DNA of 64,000 nucleotides from Candidatus Calescamantes bacterium (GTDB lineage: Bacteria; CAIJMQ01; JAADFP01), in the NCBI GenBank assembly GCA_021162785.1, contig JAGGYA010000010.1:1017-65016 (forward strand), in the 5' to 3' direction. The translations under genes were made by a program, and so were the position numbers. The notes beneath the pieces were generated by a model. The model saw only the letters and a list, made by a program, of their open reading frames with translations, was not told the DNA's origin and made no database searches. Shown here in pieces: positions 34,242-43,948 of this stretch. Position 1 is the first letter of the stretch, and each line of letters opens with the position of its first letter.

Positions 34242-35198
34242 ATGTTAAAGGAACAGGTAGATTTTGTAATGCCAGAAAATTATACCTGGGAAAAGTTAAC
34301 TGCCACCTATGGGAAATTCGTGGTTTATCCTTTGGAGAGGGGATATGCTACAACCTTAGGAAACGCTTTGAGAAGAGTCCTCCTTTCTTCCATCCCAGGA
34401 TGCGCAATTACTGAAGTGAAAATTGAGGGAGCATTACATGAATTCTCAACTCTTCCTGGAGTGGTTGAAGATGTGCCACAAATTCTGAATAACCTTAAAC
34501 ATGTAATTGTGAAATTGAATACACCTGGCCCAGAAAAGCTCACATTAGAAGTGGAAGAAGAAGGCGAAGTAAGAGCTAACGACCTTAAAGGAAGTGAAAA
34601 TGTGGAAGTGTTAAACCCCCATCTTCATATTGCAACACTTTCAAAAGGTGGGAAATTAAAAATGGAATTAACAGTTAAATGGGGGAAAGGATTTGAACCA
34701 GCTGAGAGAAGAATTGAAGAAAAACCTCCCGTAGGTATTATCCCCTTAGATGCAATTTTCTCCCCAATAAAAAAGGTAAACTTCACTATGGAGAATGTCC
34801 GGGTAGGGAAACTAACCGATTATGAAAAACTAATAATGGAAGTCTGGACAGATGGAACAGTAACACCCCAGAACGCTGTTGAACAGGCATCTCGCATATT
34901 AATCGAACACTTTAATTTCTTATTAACTCCTGGAGTGCGTCCCAAAAAAGAGCCAAAAGAAACTCCATCTTCAAGCAGTGTCTCAGAAGAAATCTTAACT
35001 CGTTCAGTAGATGAATTTGACCTTTCAGAAAGGGTAATTAATGCTTTAAAGGCAGCAGATGTAACTACAATTGGGAAATTGATTCAATGTAGTGAAAAAG
35101 AGCTTTTGGGGAATAAAAATTTTGGGAAAAAATCTCTTGAGGAAGTTAAAAATCTCTTGAGTTCCTTAGGCCTTTCCTTAAAAGGTAAAGGGAAATGA
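34242..35198 (+). CDS. rpoA: DNA-directed RNA polymerase alpha subunit
   Basis: 318 aa; N-terminal domain (NTD) (..PLERGYATTLGNALRRVLLSSIPG) and C-terminal domain (CTD) helix-hairpin-helix region. Confidence 0.95.
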   Translation: MLKEQVDFVMPENYTWEKLTATYGKFVVYPLERGYATTLGNALRRVLLSSIPGCAITEVKIEGALHEFSTLPGVVEDVPQILNNLKHVIVKLNTPGPEKLTLEVEEEGEVRANDLKGSENVEVLNPHLHIATLSKGGKLKMELTVKWGKGFEPAERRIEEKPPVGIIPLDAIFSPIKKVNFTMENVRVGKLTDYEKLIMEVWTDGTVTPQNAVEQASRILIEHFNFLLTPGVRPKKEPKETPSSSSVSEEILTRSVDEFDLSERVINALKAADVTTIGKLIQCSEKELLGNKNFGKKSLEEVKNLLSSLGLSLKGKGK

Positions 35199-35560
35199 GG
35201 CATAGACAAAAGAAAATTAAATTGGGTTCGGATGCAGAACACACTCGAAGCATACTGAGAAACCTTTTCACCAGCTTAATAGAACACGAAAAAATCACCA
35301 CTACCTTTGCTAAAGCAAAAGCATTAAAACAAGTAGCTGATAGACTCATTGAAAAAGCTAAGAAAGGGGACCTTTCTTCTCGAAGAGAAGTATCCGTATG
35401 GTTAAAAAATAAAAATGCTTACAAAAAGTTTTTTCACCAATTACTTCCCCATTTATCTTCCCGCACGGGAGGACATGTTCGGATAATCCGGACAGGTTAT
35501 AGGAAAGGGGATGGAGCCCTCATGGCTCAGGTAGAACTCCTTAAAGAGGAAACCAAGTAA
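35195..35560 (+). CDS. rplQ: 50S ribosomal protein L17
   Basis: 121 aa; MRHRQKKIKLGSDAEHTRSILRNLFTSLIEHEKITTT. Confidence 0.95.
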   Translation: MRHRQKKIKLGSDAEHTRSILRNLFTSLIEHEKITTTFAKAKALKQVADRLIEKAKKGDLSSRREVSVWLKNKNAYKKFFHQLLPHLSSRTGGHVRIIRTGYRKGDGALMAQVELLKEETK

Positions 35561-35565
35561 TTTTC

Positions 35566-36750
35566 ATGGGTCTAAAAATCATCTTAGAGAAATGTAATGG
35601 ATGTGGTAGATGTGTTGTTGTTTGTCCTTTAAACGCTTTAAAACTGGAAGATAAAAAAGTAGTTGTCCTCCCCCATTGTAACCTTTGTGGAATCTGTATT
35701 GATGCATGTAAAAATCAAGCCATCGAAATGGAAATCAAAGAAATAAGAAAAGATGCAGAATATAGAGGAGTATGGGTGTATGTGGAAAAGAAAGAGGACG
35801 AAATTCATCCAGTCACCCTGGAACTTTTGGGTGTGGGTAGGAAACTGGCAGATAAACTTGGTGTGAATCTTGTAGGAGTATCCATTGGAGGTGATGATAG
35901 TCTTGCTGAAATACTTGGCAGTTACGGTGCAGACGAGGTATTAATAATAGACCACGAGAATCTTAAAGAAAGAGAACTGGGTTTCTATACCCAGGCTCTG
36001 GATGATGCACTTAAAAAGGAAAAACCAGAAATCTTCCTTATGGGCGCCACTTCTTGGGGAAGAACACTTGCACCAAGACTTGCAGCAAGACTCATGACGG
36101 GCTTAACTGCAGACTGCACAGATCTGGATGTTGATGTAGAAAAAAGACTACTCCTCCAGACAAGACCCGCTTTTGGAGGAAACATAATGGCTACAATTCT
36201 TACTCCTTATCACAGACCACAAATGGCTACAGTAAGACCTCATGTGATGAAAAAACCGGACAAAACATCCAAAGTGGCTAAAATTAGAAAATTCTCCCCT
36301 TCTCTCCAACCTTCCCACAGACTCACCTACCCAAAAGGGTTTCTCAAAGTGGAAGAAGATACAGTAGACCTCCAGGAAGCAGAAATAATAGTCTCAGGAG
36401 GTAGAGGATTGGGTAAAGCAGAGAATTTTGCACTTATACGAGAACTTGCTCATCTATTGGGAGGAGCAGTAGGGGCATCTCGAGCCACTGTTGATGCCGG
36501 CTGGATACCTTCTTACCATCAAGTGGGACAGACAGGAAAAACTGTCCAGCCAAAACTCTACATTGCTGTAGGTATCTCCGGAGCTATCCAACACTTGGTA
36601 GGAATGAAATCTTCTGAAATTATCGTGGCCATAAACAAAGACCCTGAAGCACCCATCTTTAATGTAGCTACTTACGGAATAGTAGGAGACCTTTTTGAGG
36701 TAGTTCCCCTTTTAATAAAAAAAATTAAAGAAATCAAAAAATCACTTTAA
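35566..36750 (+). CDS. etfA: electron transfer flavoprotein alpha subunit, FixB-type with N-terminal 2x[4Fe-4S] ferredoxin domain
   Basis: 394 aa. N-terminus [12 protein letters not shown]...[12 protein letters not shown], then EtfA domains and C-terminal FAD-binding region (...[33 protein letters not shown]). No etfB adjacent. Confidence 0.85.
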   Translation: MGLKIILEKCNGCGRCVVVCPLNALKLEDKKVVVLPHCNLCGICIDACKNQAIEMEIKEIRKDAEYRGVWVYVEKKEDEIHPVTLELLGVGRKLADKLGVNLVGVSIGGDDSLAEILGSYGADEVLIIDHENLKERELGFYTQALDDALKKEKPEIFLMGATSWGRTLAPRLAARLMTGLTADCTDLDVDVEKRLLLQTRPAFGGNIMATILTPYHRPQMATVRPHVMKKPDKTSKVAKIRKFSPSLQPSHRLTYPKGFLKVEEDTVDLQEAEIIVSGGRGLGKAENFALIRELAHLLGGAVGASRATVDAGWIPSYHQVGQTGKTVQPKLYIAVGISGAIQHLVGMKSSEIIVAINKDPEAPIFNVATYGIVGDLFEVVPLLIKKIKEIKKSL

Positions 36751-37125
36751 CTTAATGAACTTTTTCCCTTCCGGGAGCTTAGGGACAGTAACCTCCAGAG
36801 AACCACACTGAGGACATTTAGGTATTCCATAGTCAGGGGGAACCTCTTGACCTGGCTTTGGTGGCGGAGGAGGAGTATAAGGGAAAATAGCTCCACACTT
36901 CATACATTGATAAGCTGGATAGGCTGTTTTCTTCTTACTGTAAGGACTTTTTACAGGGAATTTTGTTCCTGGTTTTACTAAAGCTTTATAAAGAACCTTT
37001 GCTTCTGTATCAATCAAAACTGTCTCATAAGTATATTGCTTAGGCATAAGCTGTTTTACAATCACTCCTAATGCACCTACTATTATCAACAATAACACAA
37101 TTATCTGAACCTTTTTCCCTCCCAT
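36742..37125 (-). CDS. hypothetical membrane-anchored Pro-rich zinc-ribbon protein
   Basis: 127 aa; strong RBS (aaaggaggtgaaag-ATG). N-terminal TM helix, PPPPPKP tract, CMKCG...CPQCG Cys4. Confidence 0.55.
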   Translation of the reverse strand: MGGKKVQIIVLLLIIVGALGVIVKQLMPKQYTYETVLIDTEAKVLYKALVKPGTKFPVKSPYSKKKTAYPAYQCMKCGAIFPYTPPPPPKPGQEVPPDYGIPKCPQCGSLEVTVPKLPEGKKFIKLK

Positions 37126-37301
37126 CTTTCACCTCCTTTTGATTAGTAAACAAAAATTTTAAATTAAAGTCAAGCATTTTTTCCATCCACTTTGGAAGAG
37201 GGATTTGTGCCATTCTAAAAGGTGCTCTTACAAAGTCTGTGATTTAACCAGCCCCTTTCCCTATAAGCCAATGAACTCCCCTCTACTTATCCTCACTCAC
37301 C

Positions 37302-37417
37302 TTTGACACCCTGATTTCTAAAAAGGGTATGAATAAAGGGATTGGGAGATTAAGGGAGAGGTGTCATTACACGGAAGGATTCGGGAGGAAATCCTATTTT
37401 GAGTTCTGGAAAGGGCT
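37302..37417. repeat. direct repeat copy 1 (~116 bp; ~90% identical to 38449..38563)
   Basis: tttgacaccctgatttctaaaaagggtatgaataaagggattgggagattaagggagag... recurs 1.15 kb downstream in the same orientation. Confidence 0.8.
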
Positions 37418-37515
37418 CCTCCTCTATCCCTCCTTAATTTTCACCACACTTATTCTATCCCTTTTATTTCCTTGATTTTAAGAATTTTGAGAATTTTTAG
37501 CGGAAACTCTCAAAG

Positions 37516-37542
37516 TTGATCAAACATGTTTTAGGGTATAAT
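37516..37542 (+). promoter_or_regulatory. candidate promoter/operator of the mntA-hepT pair (TTGATCAA palindrome ... TATAAT)
   Basis: agTTGATCaaacatgttttagggTATAATat ends 9 nt before the mntA ATG. Confidence 0.3.
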
Positions 37543-37550
37543 ATTTTGCA

Positions 37551-37994
37551 ATGATACGAAAAAATTTGATAAGGCATAATTTAAATTCTCTTTTAAGTGA
37601 ATTAAAGGAAAGGTTGGAGAAGGAAAAAGATATTATATTTGCCTACATCATAGGAAGTTATGCTAAAGGGAAGAGGTGTCCTTTAAGTGATTTTGATATA
37701 GCAGTATATATTGAAAATAATCAGGAAATTTTTGATAGAAAAATTTCCTTGAATTCCCTTATAACAGATATTTTAAAAACAGATGAAGTGGATTTGATAA
37801 TTTTGAATGAAGCCTCCCCTTTATTTATCCATCATTCTTTGAGAAATGGAAAACTTTTATTCTCGAAAGATGAAAAAAAGAGGATTTCATTTCTTGTAAA
37901 GAATTTAAAGGAGTATTTTGACATGCAGTATTACTATGAAAGATTTAAAAAAGGTATTTTAAAAAGGATAGAAGAGGGTAAATATGGTATGTGA
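37551..37994 (+). CDS. mntA: nucleotidyltransferase-domain antitoxin (MntA-like, Pol-beta-type NTase)
   Basis: 147 aa; GSYAKGKRCPLSDFDIAVYI minimal NTase motif (GS...D.D). Confidence 0.8.
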   Translation: MIRKNLIRHNLNSLLSELKERLEKEKDIIFAYIIGSYAKGKRCPLSDFDIAVYIENNQEIFDRKISLNSLITDILKTDEVDLIILNEASPLFIHHSLRNGKLLFSKDEKKRISFLVKNLKEYFDMQYYYERFKKGILKRIEEGKYGM

Positions 37995-38421
37995 GGATAT
38001 AATAATCAAAAGACTTGAAAGACTTGAAGAAAGTATAAAACGATTGGAAAGTAAAAAAGGGGTTCCTTATAAAAAGTTTGAAAGAAGTTGGGAATTACAA
38101 AATGCTATTTTAAAAGAATTTGAAACAGGTATAGAGTGTATAATTGATATAAGTTCACATATTATTTCAGAAAAAGGTTGGAGATCACCGGAAAAAGCTT
38201 CAGATATAGCAAATATTTTAGAAGAAAAAGGTGTTATTTCTTCTGAATACAAAAATGTGTTGAAGAGAATGGTAGCTTTTAGAAACATAATAGTTCATGA
38301 ATATCTTTATCTTGATTTAAAAAAGGTTTACGAAAATTTGAAAAAACTTGATGATTTCAGAAAATTTGCTTTTTTCATAAAAAAATTTCTTGATAAAGAA
38401 AAGACTGAAAGTAAAAGGTAA
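37984..38421 (+). CDS. hepT: HEPN-domain toxin (HepT/DUF86-like RNase)
   Basis: 145 aa; C-terminal RNIIVHEY (R-x4-HxY HEPN motif). 11-nt overlap with mntA. Confidence 0.8.
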   Translation: MVCEDIIIKRLERLEESIKRLESKKGVPYKKFERSWELQNAILKEFETGIECIIDISSHIISEKGWRSPEKASDIANILEEKGVISSEYKNVLKRMVAFRNIIVHEYLYLDLKKVYENLKKLDDFRKFAFFIKKFLDKEKTESKR

Positions 38422-38448
38422 ATGATTTTAGGGTAGATTTAACTCAAG

Positions 38449-38563
38449 TTTGACACCCTGATTTCTGAAAAAGGCATGAATAAAGGGATTGGGAGATTAA
38501 GGGAGAGTGTCATTACAGGCAAGGATTCGGGGAGGAAACCTGTTTTGAGTTCTGGAAAGGGCT
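38449..38563. repeat. direct repeat copy 2 (~115 bp)
   Basis: Same element as 37302..37417 with ~10 substitutions and 1 indel. Confidence 0.8.
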
Positions 38564-38678
38564 TGCATAAAGAGGAAGGGATTTCTGTTTTTTCCTGAAA
38601 AAGGTTTTTTAGTTCTTCTTGCCCAATTATATCAAGCCTTTTAAGGTTTTTGATGTTTTTTATTGCGATTTTTGGGTT

Positions 38679-39632
38679 CTATCCACCGTGCTTTTTGAGA
38701 TACTCTAAAAGTTCGTTTATATTGGCTGTGGCAAGTGCCACATAGTTATCCGCTGCACCATAGTAGAGTTTCAATTCACCATCTTCCTCTAAAACTGCAC
38801 CTGTAGGGAAAACAACACCAGGCACAAATCCTATTTGTTCATATACTTTACTGGGTGCCAAGACCCAACCCGGAGTTCTTCTTACCACTTTCCAGGGTTC
38901 TTCCAAGTCCAGAAGAGCCATCCCTACTCGATAAAGATTTCCAGAAGCTGTCCTTCTAACACCGTGGTAAATTAAAAGCCAACCTTCTGGAGTTTCAATA
39001 GGGGGTGGACCCAATCCAACTTTATCCTGATCCCACCATCCTTGTCTGGCCGGCATTAGTATTTGGTGTTCTCCCCAATGAACAAGATCAGGAGAAAAAG
39101 AAAGCCAAATATGTGCTTCACCCCGGATTATAGGACGATGTATAAGGAGGAATCGATTTTTGATCATTCTGGGGAATAAAGAGGCATCTTTATCTTCAGG
39201 TGGGACCAATGGCCCCATCCTTCGGAAGTTCACAAAGTCTTTGGTAAGAGCAAGAGAAACTAAGGGGCCACCTATGGAGAAAGATACATAGGTAATTGCA
39301 TAGGCATTTTTTTCTTCCAGCCACACAATCCTTGGATCTTCAATTCCCCATCGTTCTTCATGATACCGAGGACTGGATTGGAAGGTGGGTGAGGGAGAAA
39401 TTTCCCAGTTAGTTTTACCATCTTTACTTTTTGCTAATGTAAGATGTGAAAATCCTCGATTATCTTCCACTCTTACCAGAAGTAAGACTTCACCGTTATG
39501 TTTTACTGCACCAGGATTGAAAACACTTGCTGCAGGATAGGGCCACTGGGCAGGAGTGAGTATAGGATTATGCTCGTATTTTCGAAAAAGTGGTAAATTT
39601 GTTTCCTCGTTTATCATTATTTTTTGCCTCAA
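38679..39632 (-). CDS. glycoside hydrolase family 130 glycoside phosphorylase (beta-mannoside phosphorylase-like)
   Basis: 317 aa; ...YEHNPILTP....VFNPGAVKHNGEVLLLVRVED... five-bladed beta-propeller GH130 signature. Confidence 0.75.
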   Translation of the reverse strand: MRQKIMINEETNLPLFRKYEHNPILTPAQWPYPAASVFNPGAVKHNGEVLLLVRVEDNRGFSHLTLAKSKDGKTNWEISPSPTFQSSPRYHEERWGIEDPRIVWLEEKNAYAITYVSFSIGGPLVSLALTKDFVNFRRMGPLVPPEDKDASLFPRMIKNRFLLIHRPIIRGEAHIWLSFSPDLVHWGEHQILMPARQGWWDQDKVGLGPPPIETPEGWLLIYHGVRRTASGNLYRVGMALLDLEEPWKVVRRTPGWVLAPSKVYEQIGFVPGVVFPTGAVLEEDGELKLYYGAADNYVALATANINELLEYLKKHGG

Positions 39633-40702
39633 TAACCGAAATCTGCTTTGACTCCTGGTTTAATTTCTCTTTCTTCCTTTATAAGAGATTTTGCTTCCTC
39701 ACTCATCCATTCAAACTTGTACCACCATGAATTAGCAGTTACTTTTGCCAGAGTCCTTATCTGTCTAATACGCGGTAGTGCAATTCTACAGAAGGATTCC
39801 TCTAAGGTATCCCAGTCTTTTGTTGCAGGATCAGTAAAAGCTTCTTTGAAATATGCCCTTCCACACATAGGGCCGGAAATAAGGTCACAGACAACTCCAT
39901 ACTGGACCGCATACTGTTCAAAATCAACAGCTGCACTGAGAAGAAGCATAGGACGTGGAGAGATTTTTTCCATTTCTACAGCAGTGTCTCTAATAACCTG
40001 GGGACTTGCTACTTTTATTATCTTCCCATCTTCTTCAACCCAGAGGACAGGTACCTGAGTTTTGTAAAAATGTCCCAAAGGACTGAAATCTTCCGTCATT
40101 TTAATTAATGCTTCAGGGAGTTTCTTTGCCTTATCCACCTTTGATTCACCCGGTTCCTGGAGCAAGAGAGTTTCGTTGAAAAGGGGTTTTCCAAGTTTCT
40201 TGCATCTTTCAAATACATCTGCAAGCCACTCCCGATTCTTTTCCCAGCTCTCCTTATGGTTAGGATTAAGGTAGATCAAGGTTTTGAAAGCATCAACCTT
40301 ATCTGCAATTTCCTCCGGTTGAACAGCCAGTCTTGCAAGTTTACCTCTTCCATCATCTACAGGTATAGCATTGGTGTCTTCCAGTCTTCCAATTAGCATT
40401 ACCTTATCTCCCAGAATTTCACGAAAACCAGGACTAAGATAGGCTAAATGATTAAACAAACCAGCGGTAGCTTCCCCAGCTAAGTGTTTAGCAAATCTCC
40501 TGCATACCTCCTTTACATCCTCATCTGTAGCAGTTTTGTTTACTCCAATATGTTTGTAGAAAGCATTTACCAGTTTTAAATAGGAATTATGCTGGTCAGA
40601 AGCAAATACATCCATAACCCCATCAGGAGAAAACTTGGCCAAAGTCTTAAATATACGGTCATCTACTTCTTCCCCGTCTTTATATCTTGCATAAACAGCC
40701 AT
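39629..40702 (-). CDS. class I aldolase of the LacD / tagatose-1,6-bisphosphate aldolase family
   Basis: 357 aa. DGVMDVFASDQHNSY parallels LacD DGVISALAFDQRG, and ...GVVCDLISGPMCGRAYFKE parallels LacD FNGVLCGRATW. 4-nt overlap with the GH130 gene. Confidence 0.5.
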   Translation of the reverse strand: MAVYARYKDGEEVDDRIFKTLAKFSPDGVMDVFASDQHNSYLKLVNAFYKHIGVNKTATDEDVKEVCRRFAKHLAGEATAGLFNHLAYLSPGFREILGDKVMLIGRLEDTNAIPVDDGRGKLARLAVQPEEIADKVDAFKTLIYLNPNHKESWEKNREWLADVFERCKKLGKPLFNETLLLQEPGESKVDKAKKLPEALIKMTEDFSPLGHFYKTQVPVLWVEEDGKIIKVASPQVIRDTAVEMEKISPRPMLLLSAAVDFEQYAVQYGVVCDLISGPMCGRAYFKEAFTDPATKDWDTLEESFCRIALPRIRQIRTLAKVTANSWWYKFEWMSEEAKSLIKEEREIKPGVKADFGY

Positions 40703-40798
40703 CTTTTCCCTCCTTTCTTTATGTTTTTTCCAAATCCCCTAATTAAATCTGGGAATTTTACTCTATTCTCCCCCCTTAGTCAACCAGGAACTCCTTAG

Positions 40799-40883
40799 TG
40801 CCGAGGGGGGGACTCGAACCCCCACGGGCTCTTAACCCACATGGTCCTGAGCCATGCGCGTCTACCAATTCCGCCACCTCGGC
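40799..40883 (-). tRNA. tRNA-Leu (anticodon CAG), long variable arm
   Basis: rc: gccgaggtggcggaattggtagacgcgcatggctCAGgaccatg + variable arm tgggttaagagcccgtg + T-arm ggggttcgagtcccc + cctcggc-a. Confidence 0.85.
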
Positions 40884-40960
40884 TTCAAAAAATTTTATCA
40901 TAAAATATTCCATAATTCCCAAAAATATGCTAAATTTTTTCAAGAAAGAGGAGGTAAAAA

Positions 40961-42226
40961 ATGAAAAGATTTGTGATTTTTTCCCTCTTGCTTTTTTTTC
41001 CTTTAATATTTCTTTACAGCGGAAGTTTTCAAGCACCTTCCATTGGAGCAAGAGCTACAGGTATGGGAGGAGCATACACAGCAGTGGCTAATGATCCTTT
41101 AGCCCTTTACTGGAATCCTGCGGGTATGGGATTGGTCAAGGGAAAAGTGTTGAGTGTAGGTGTTACCTCTGTTAAAGGACGAGCTAAATATGAAACAGTG
41201 GAAAATCTTCTTTTTTCCATTCCTGAAGGTGAAATTGAAAAAAATAAAGTGCCATGGGTTTTTATTCCCCACTCCGCTTTTGTTATGGAAATCTCTGATA
41301 AATTCTCTATGGGTGCAGGATTATTTACTCCTTATGGATTGAAACAGATTTGGGAGGAGAATTCTTATTACAAATACAGTGCCATTAGATCTGAAATATG
41401 GCTCAATATTTTGCAGGTAGGGGTTTCTTACAAACTTGGGGAGAAACTTTTTATCGGTGGTTGCTTGGGGAAAGGATACGCGACTATGCGAGCTAAACAG
41501 ACTGCACTTCTTTCTGCTATGGGATTCCCTGTAGAAACCAAGGCTAAACTTTTTTCTACCTCGGAGAGTTTAGTTGGTTCCGTAGGGATTTTGTGGAGTC
41601 CAGTAGAAAATTGGGATATTGGGGTAGTTTGGCATTCCTCATCTTCACAGAATTTCAAGGGAGAGGTGGATTTTTCTCCTCAGGGTATGGATTCCTTTGA
41701 AAGAGATATGGAGATGAAATTTACCTTCCCTCAGTCTGCTTCTCTGGGAGTGGCTTATAAGGGCTTTGAGAATTGGCTCTTTTCTTTCCAGATTGATTGG
41801 ACTGACTGGTCTGTCTTGGATACATTGGAGGAAAAATTGGATGAGTCTATTCCACTTTTTGATCCTGTGGTGGGGGTTAAGTATGTAGATGAGATAGAGA
41901 TTGAAAGAGATTGGAAAGACACTTTTTCATATCATTTTGGTGCTGAATATCTCTTAAATGATAAATTTTCTTTAAGATTTGGCTATATGTGGGATCCTTC
42001 ACCTGTACCGGAAGAAACCCTTGATCCTTTAATGTTCGATGTTAGTGTTCATCGATTTTCCTTAGGGATGGGTTATCGGGCAGAAAGTTGGTCATTGGAT
42101 TTAGCGTTTATGTATTCTCAGGGATTGTCCCGGGAAGTGGAAGATAGCGAAAATGCTTTCCCTACGGATGGCGAATACTGGGGAAGTTCAAAAATAGTGG
42201 AGTTGACATTTAATCGCTACTTTTAG
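40961..42226 (+). CDS. outer-membrane beta-barrel transporter, FadL/OmpP1/TodX family
   Basis: 421 aa; signal peptide, then GARATGMGGAYTAVANDPLALYWNPAGMG. Alternating beta-strand pattern, C-terminal aromatic residue. Confidence 0.75.
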   Translation: MKRFVIFSLLLFFPLIFLYSGSFQAPSIGARATGMGGAYTAVANDPLALYWNPAGMGLVKGKVLSVGVTSVKGRAKYETVENLLFSIPEGEIEKNKVPWVFIPHSAFVMEISDKFSMGAGLFTPYGLKQIWEENSYYKYSAIRSEIWLNILQVGVSYKLGEKLFIGGCLGKGYATMRAKQTALLSAMGFPVETKAKLFSTSESLVGSVGILWSPVENWDIGVVWHSSSSQNFKGEVDFSPQGMDSFERDMEMKFTFPQSASLGVAYKGFENWLFSFQIDWTDWSVLDTLEEKLDESIPLFDPVVGVKYVDEIEIERDWKDTFSYHFGAEYLLNDKFSLRFGYMWDPSPVPEETLDPLMFDVSVHRFSLGMGYRAESWSLDLAFMYSQGLSREVEDSENAFPTDGEYWGSSKIVELTFNRYF

Positions 42227-42244
42227 GAGAAAGGAGGGAAGGTT

Positions 42245-43948
42245 ATGCTTTCAGATCTACAGATTGCACAAAGAGCTAAATTGAGACCAATTGTAGAAAT
42301 TGCAAAAGAGTTAGGGATAAAGGAAGAGGAGTTAGAGCCTTATGGAAAGTATATTGCAAAGATTAACCTTTCCATATTAAATAGATTAAAAAATAATCCT
42401 TTGGGGAAACTTATTACTGTTACTGCTATTACTCCCACCCCCTTAGGAGAGGGTAAAACAGTTACTGCAATTGGATTGGGTCAGGCATTATATCGTTTGG
42501 GCAAGAAAGTTATAAATACCATGCGAGAACCTTCCAAGGGGCCTACTTTTGGAATCAAAGGAGGAGCGTGTGGAGGTGGTTATTCCCAGGCTTTACCTAT
42601 GGAAAGCATTAATCTCCATTTTACTGGAGATATTCATGCTGTAGAGACTGCCCATAATCTTTGTGCTTGTGCTATAGATGCTCATATCCTTCACAAAAAC
42701 AAATTGGGTATAGACCCCTTAAAAGTTACTTGGAGATACTGTATGGATCTTAATTCTCGGGCACTTAGGAATATTGTTGTGGGATTGGGTGGGAAAGCAA
42801 ATGGTTATCCTCGAGAAACTGGGTTTGATATCACCGTAGCTACTGAGACCGCTGCCATTCATGCACTTGCAACTGGATTACGGGATTTGAGGGAAAGGCT
42901 TTCCCGTGCGGTAATTGGGTTCACCTATGATGGGAAGCCAGTAACTTGCGAAGATCTTAAAGTAGCAGGTGCAATGTGTGTATTGATGAAAGATTCGATA
43001 AAACCAAATCTTGTTCAGTCTACGGAAAACCATCCCATAATAGTTCATGGGTTCCCCTTTGCTAATGTGGCTCATGGAAACAATTCTGTTCTTGCGGATA
43101 TGGTTGCCCTTAGATTAGCGGATTATGTGGTCACGGAAAGTGGGTTTGGTGCAGACTGTGGTTTTGAGAAAATGGTAGATGTTAAATGTAGACAGTCTGG
43201 ACTTAAAGTGGATTGTGGAGTAGTAGTGGCTTCAGTAAGGGCTTTAAAAATGCATGGAGGTGCATTCGTGTTTAAACCTGGAATCCCCTATGAAAAGATC
43301 AAGGCAGAAGTGGAAAGGGAGAACTTGGAGGCATTAGAAAGAGGGTGCGAAAATCTGGCAAAAAATATAGAAATTGTGAAGAAATTTGGAGTTCCTTGTG
43401 TGGTAGCGGTGAATAGATTTGCATCGGATACTCCAAGAGAGTTGGAACTGGTTTTGAAAAAAGCATTGGAAGCTGGTGCAGATGGTGCTGCCATTTCAGA
43501 ATGCTGGGCTAAGGGAGGGGAAGGTGCAATAGAGTTAGCTAAAGAAGTCCTTAAAGCAGTGGAGAAACCTCATGAAATGAGGTTTCTCTATCCGGATGAG
43601 CTTTCCATCAAAGAGAAAATAGAAATTATTGCCAAGGAGATCTATGGAGCAGATGGAGTGGATTACCTTCCCTTAGCTGAAGAGAAAATTAAACTCTATA
43701 CAAACCTGGGGTATGACCGTTTCCCCATTAATATGGCTAAGACACATCTGTCTCTTTCCCATGATCCCAACTTGAAAGGAGTCCCTAAGGGGTTCCGTAT
43801 TCCAGTAAGAGATATTCGTGTTTGTGTAGGTGCAGGATTTCTTTACCCACTCCTTGGCGAAATGCGGACTATGCCAGGTCTTCCTTCCCGACCTGCTTTT
43901 ATGGATGTGGATATAGATGAAGAAGGAAGAACAGTGGGACTCTTCTGA
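42245..43948 (+). CDS. fhs: formate--tetrahydrofolate ligase
   Basis: 567 aa; ITPTPLGEGKTVTAIGLGQAL. Confidence 0.9.
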   Translation: MLSDLQIAQRAKLRPIVEIAKELGIKEEELEPYGKYIAKINLSILNRLKNNPLGKLITVTAITPTPLGEGKTVTAIGLGQALYRLGKKVINTMREPSKGPTFGIKGGACGGGYSQALPMESINLHFTGDIHAVETAHNLCACAIDAHILHKNKLGIDPLKVTWRYCMDLNSRALRNIVVGLGGKANGYPRETGFDITVATETAAIHALATGLRDLRERLSRAVIGFTYDGKPVTCEDLKVAGAMCVLMKDSIKPNLVQSTENHPIIVHGFPFANVAHGNNSVLADMVALRLADYVVTESGFGADCGFEKMVDVKCRQSGLKVDCGVVVASVRALKMHGGAFVFKPGIPYEKIKAEVERENLEALERGCENLAKNIEIVKKFGVPCVVAVNRFASDTPRELELVLKKALEAGADGAAISECWAKGGEGAIELAKEVLKAVEKPHEMRFLYPDELSIKEKIEIIAKEIYGADGVDYLPLAEEKIKLYTNLGYDRFPINMAKTHLSLSHDPNLKGVPKGFRIPVRDIRVCVGAGFLYPLLGEMRTMPGLPSRPAFMDVDIDEEGRTVGLF

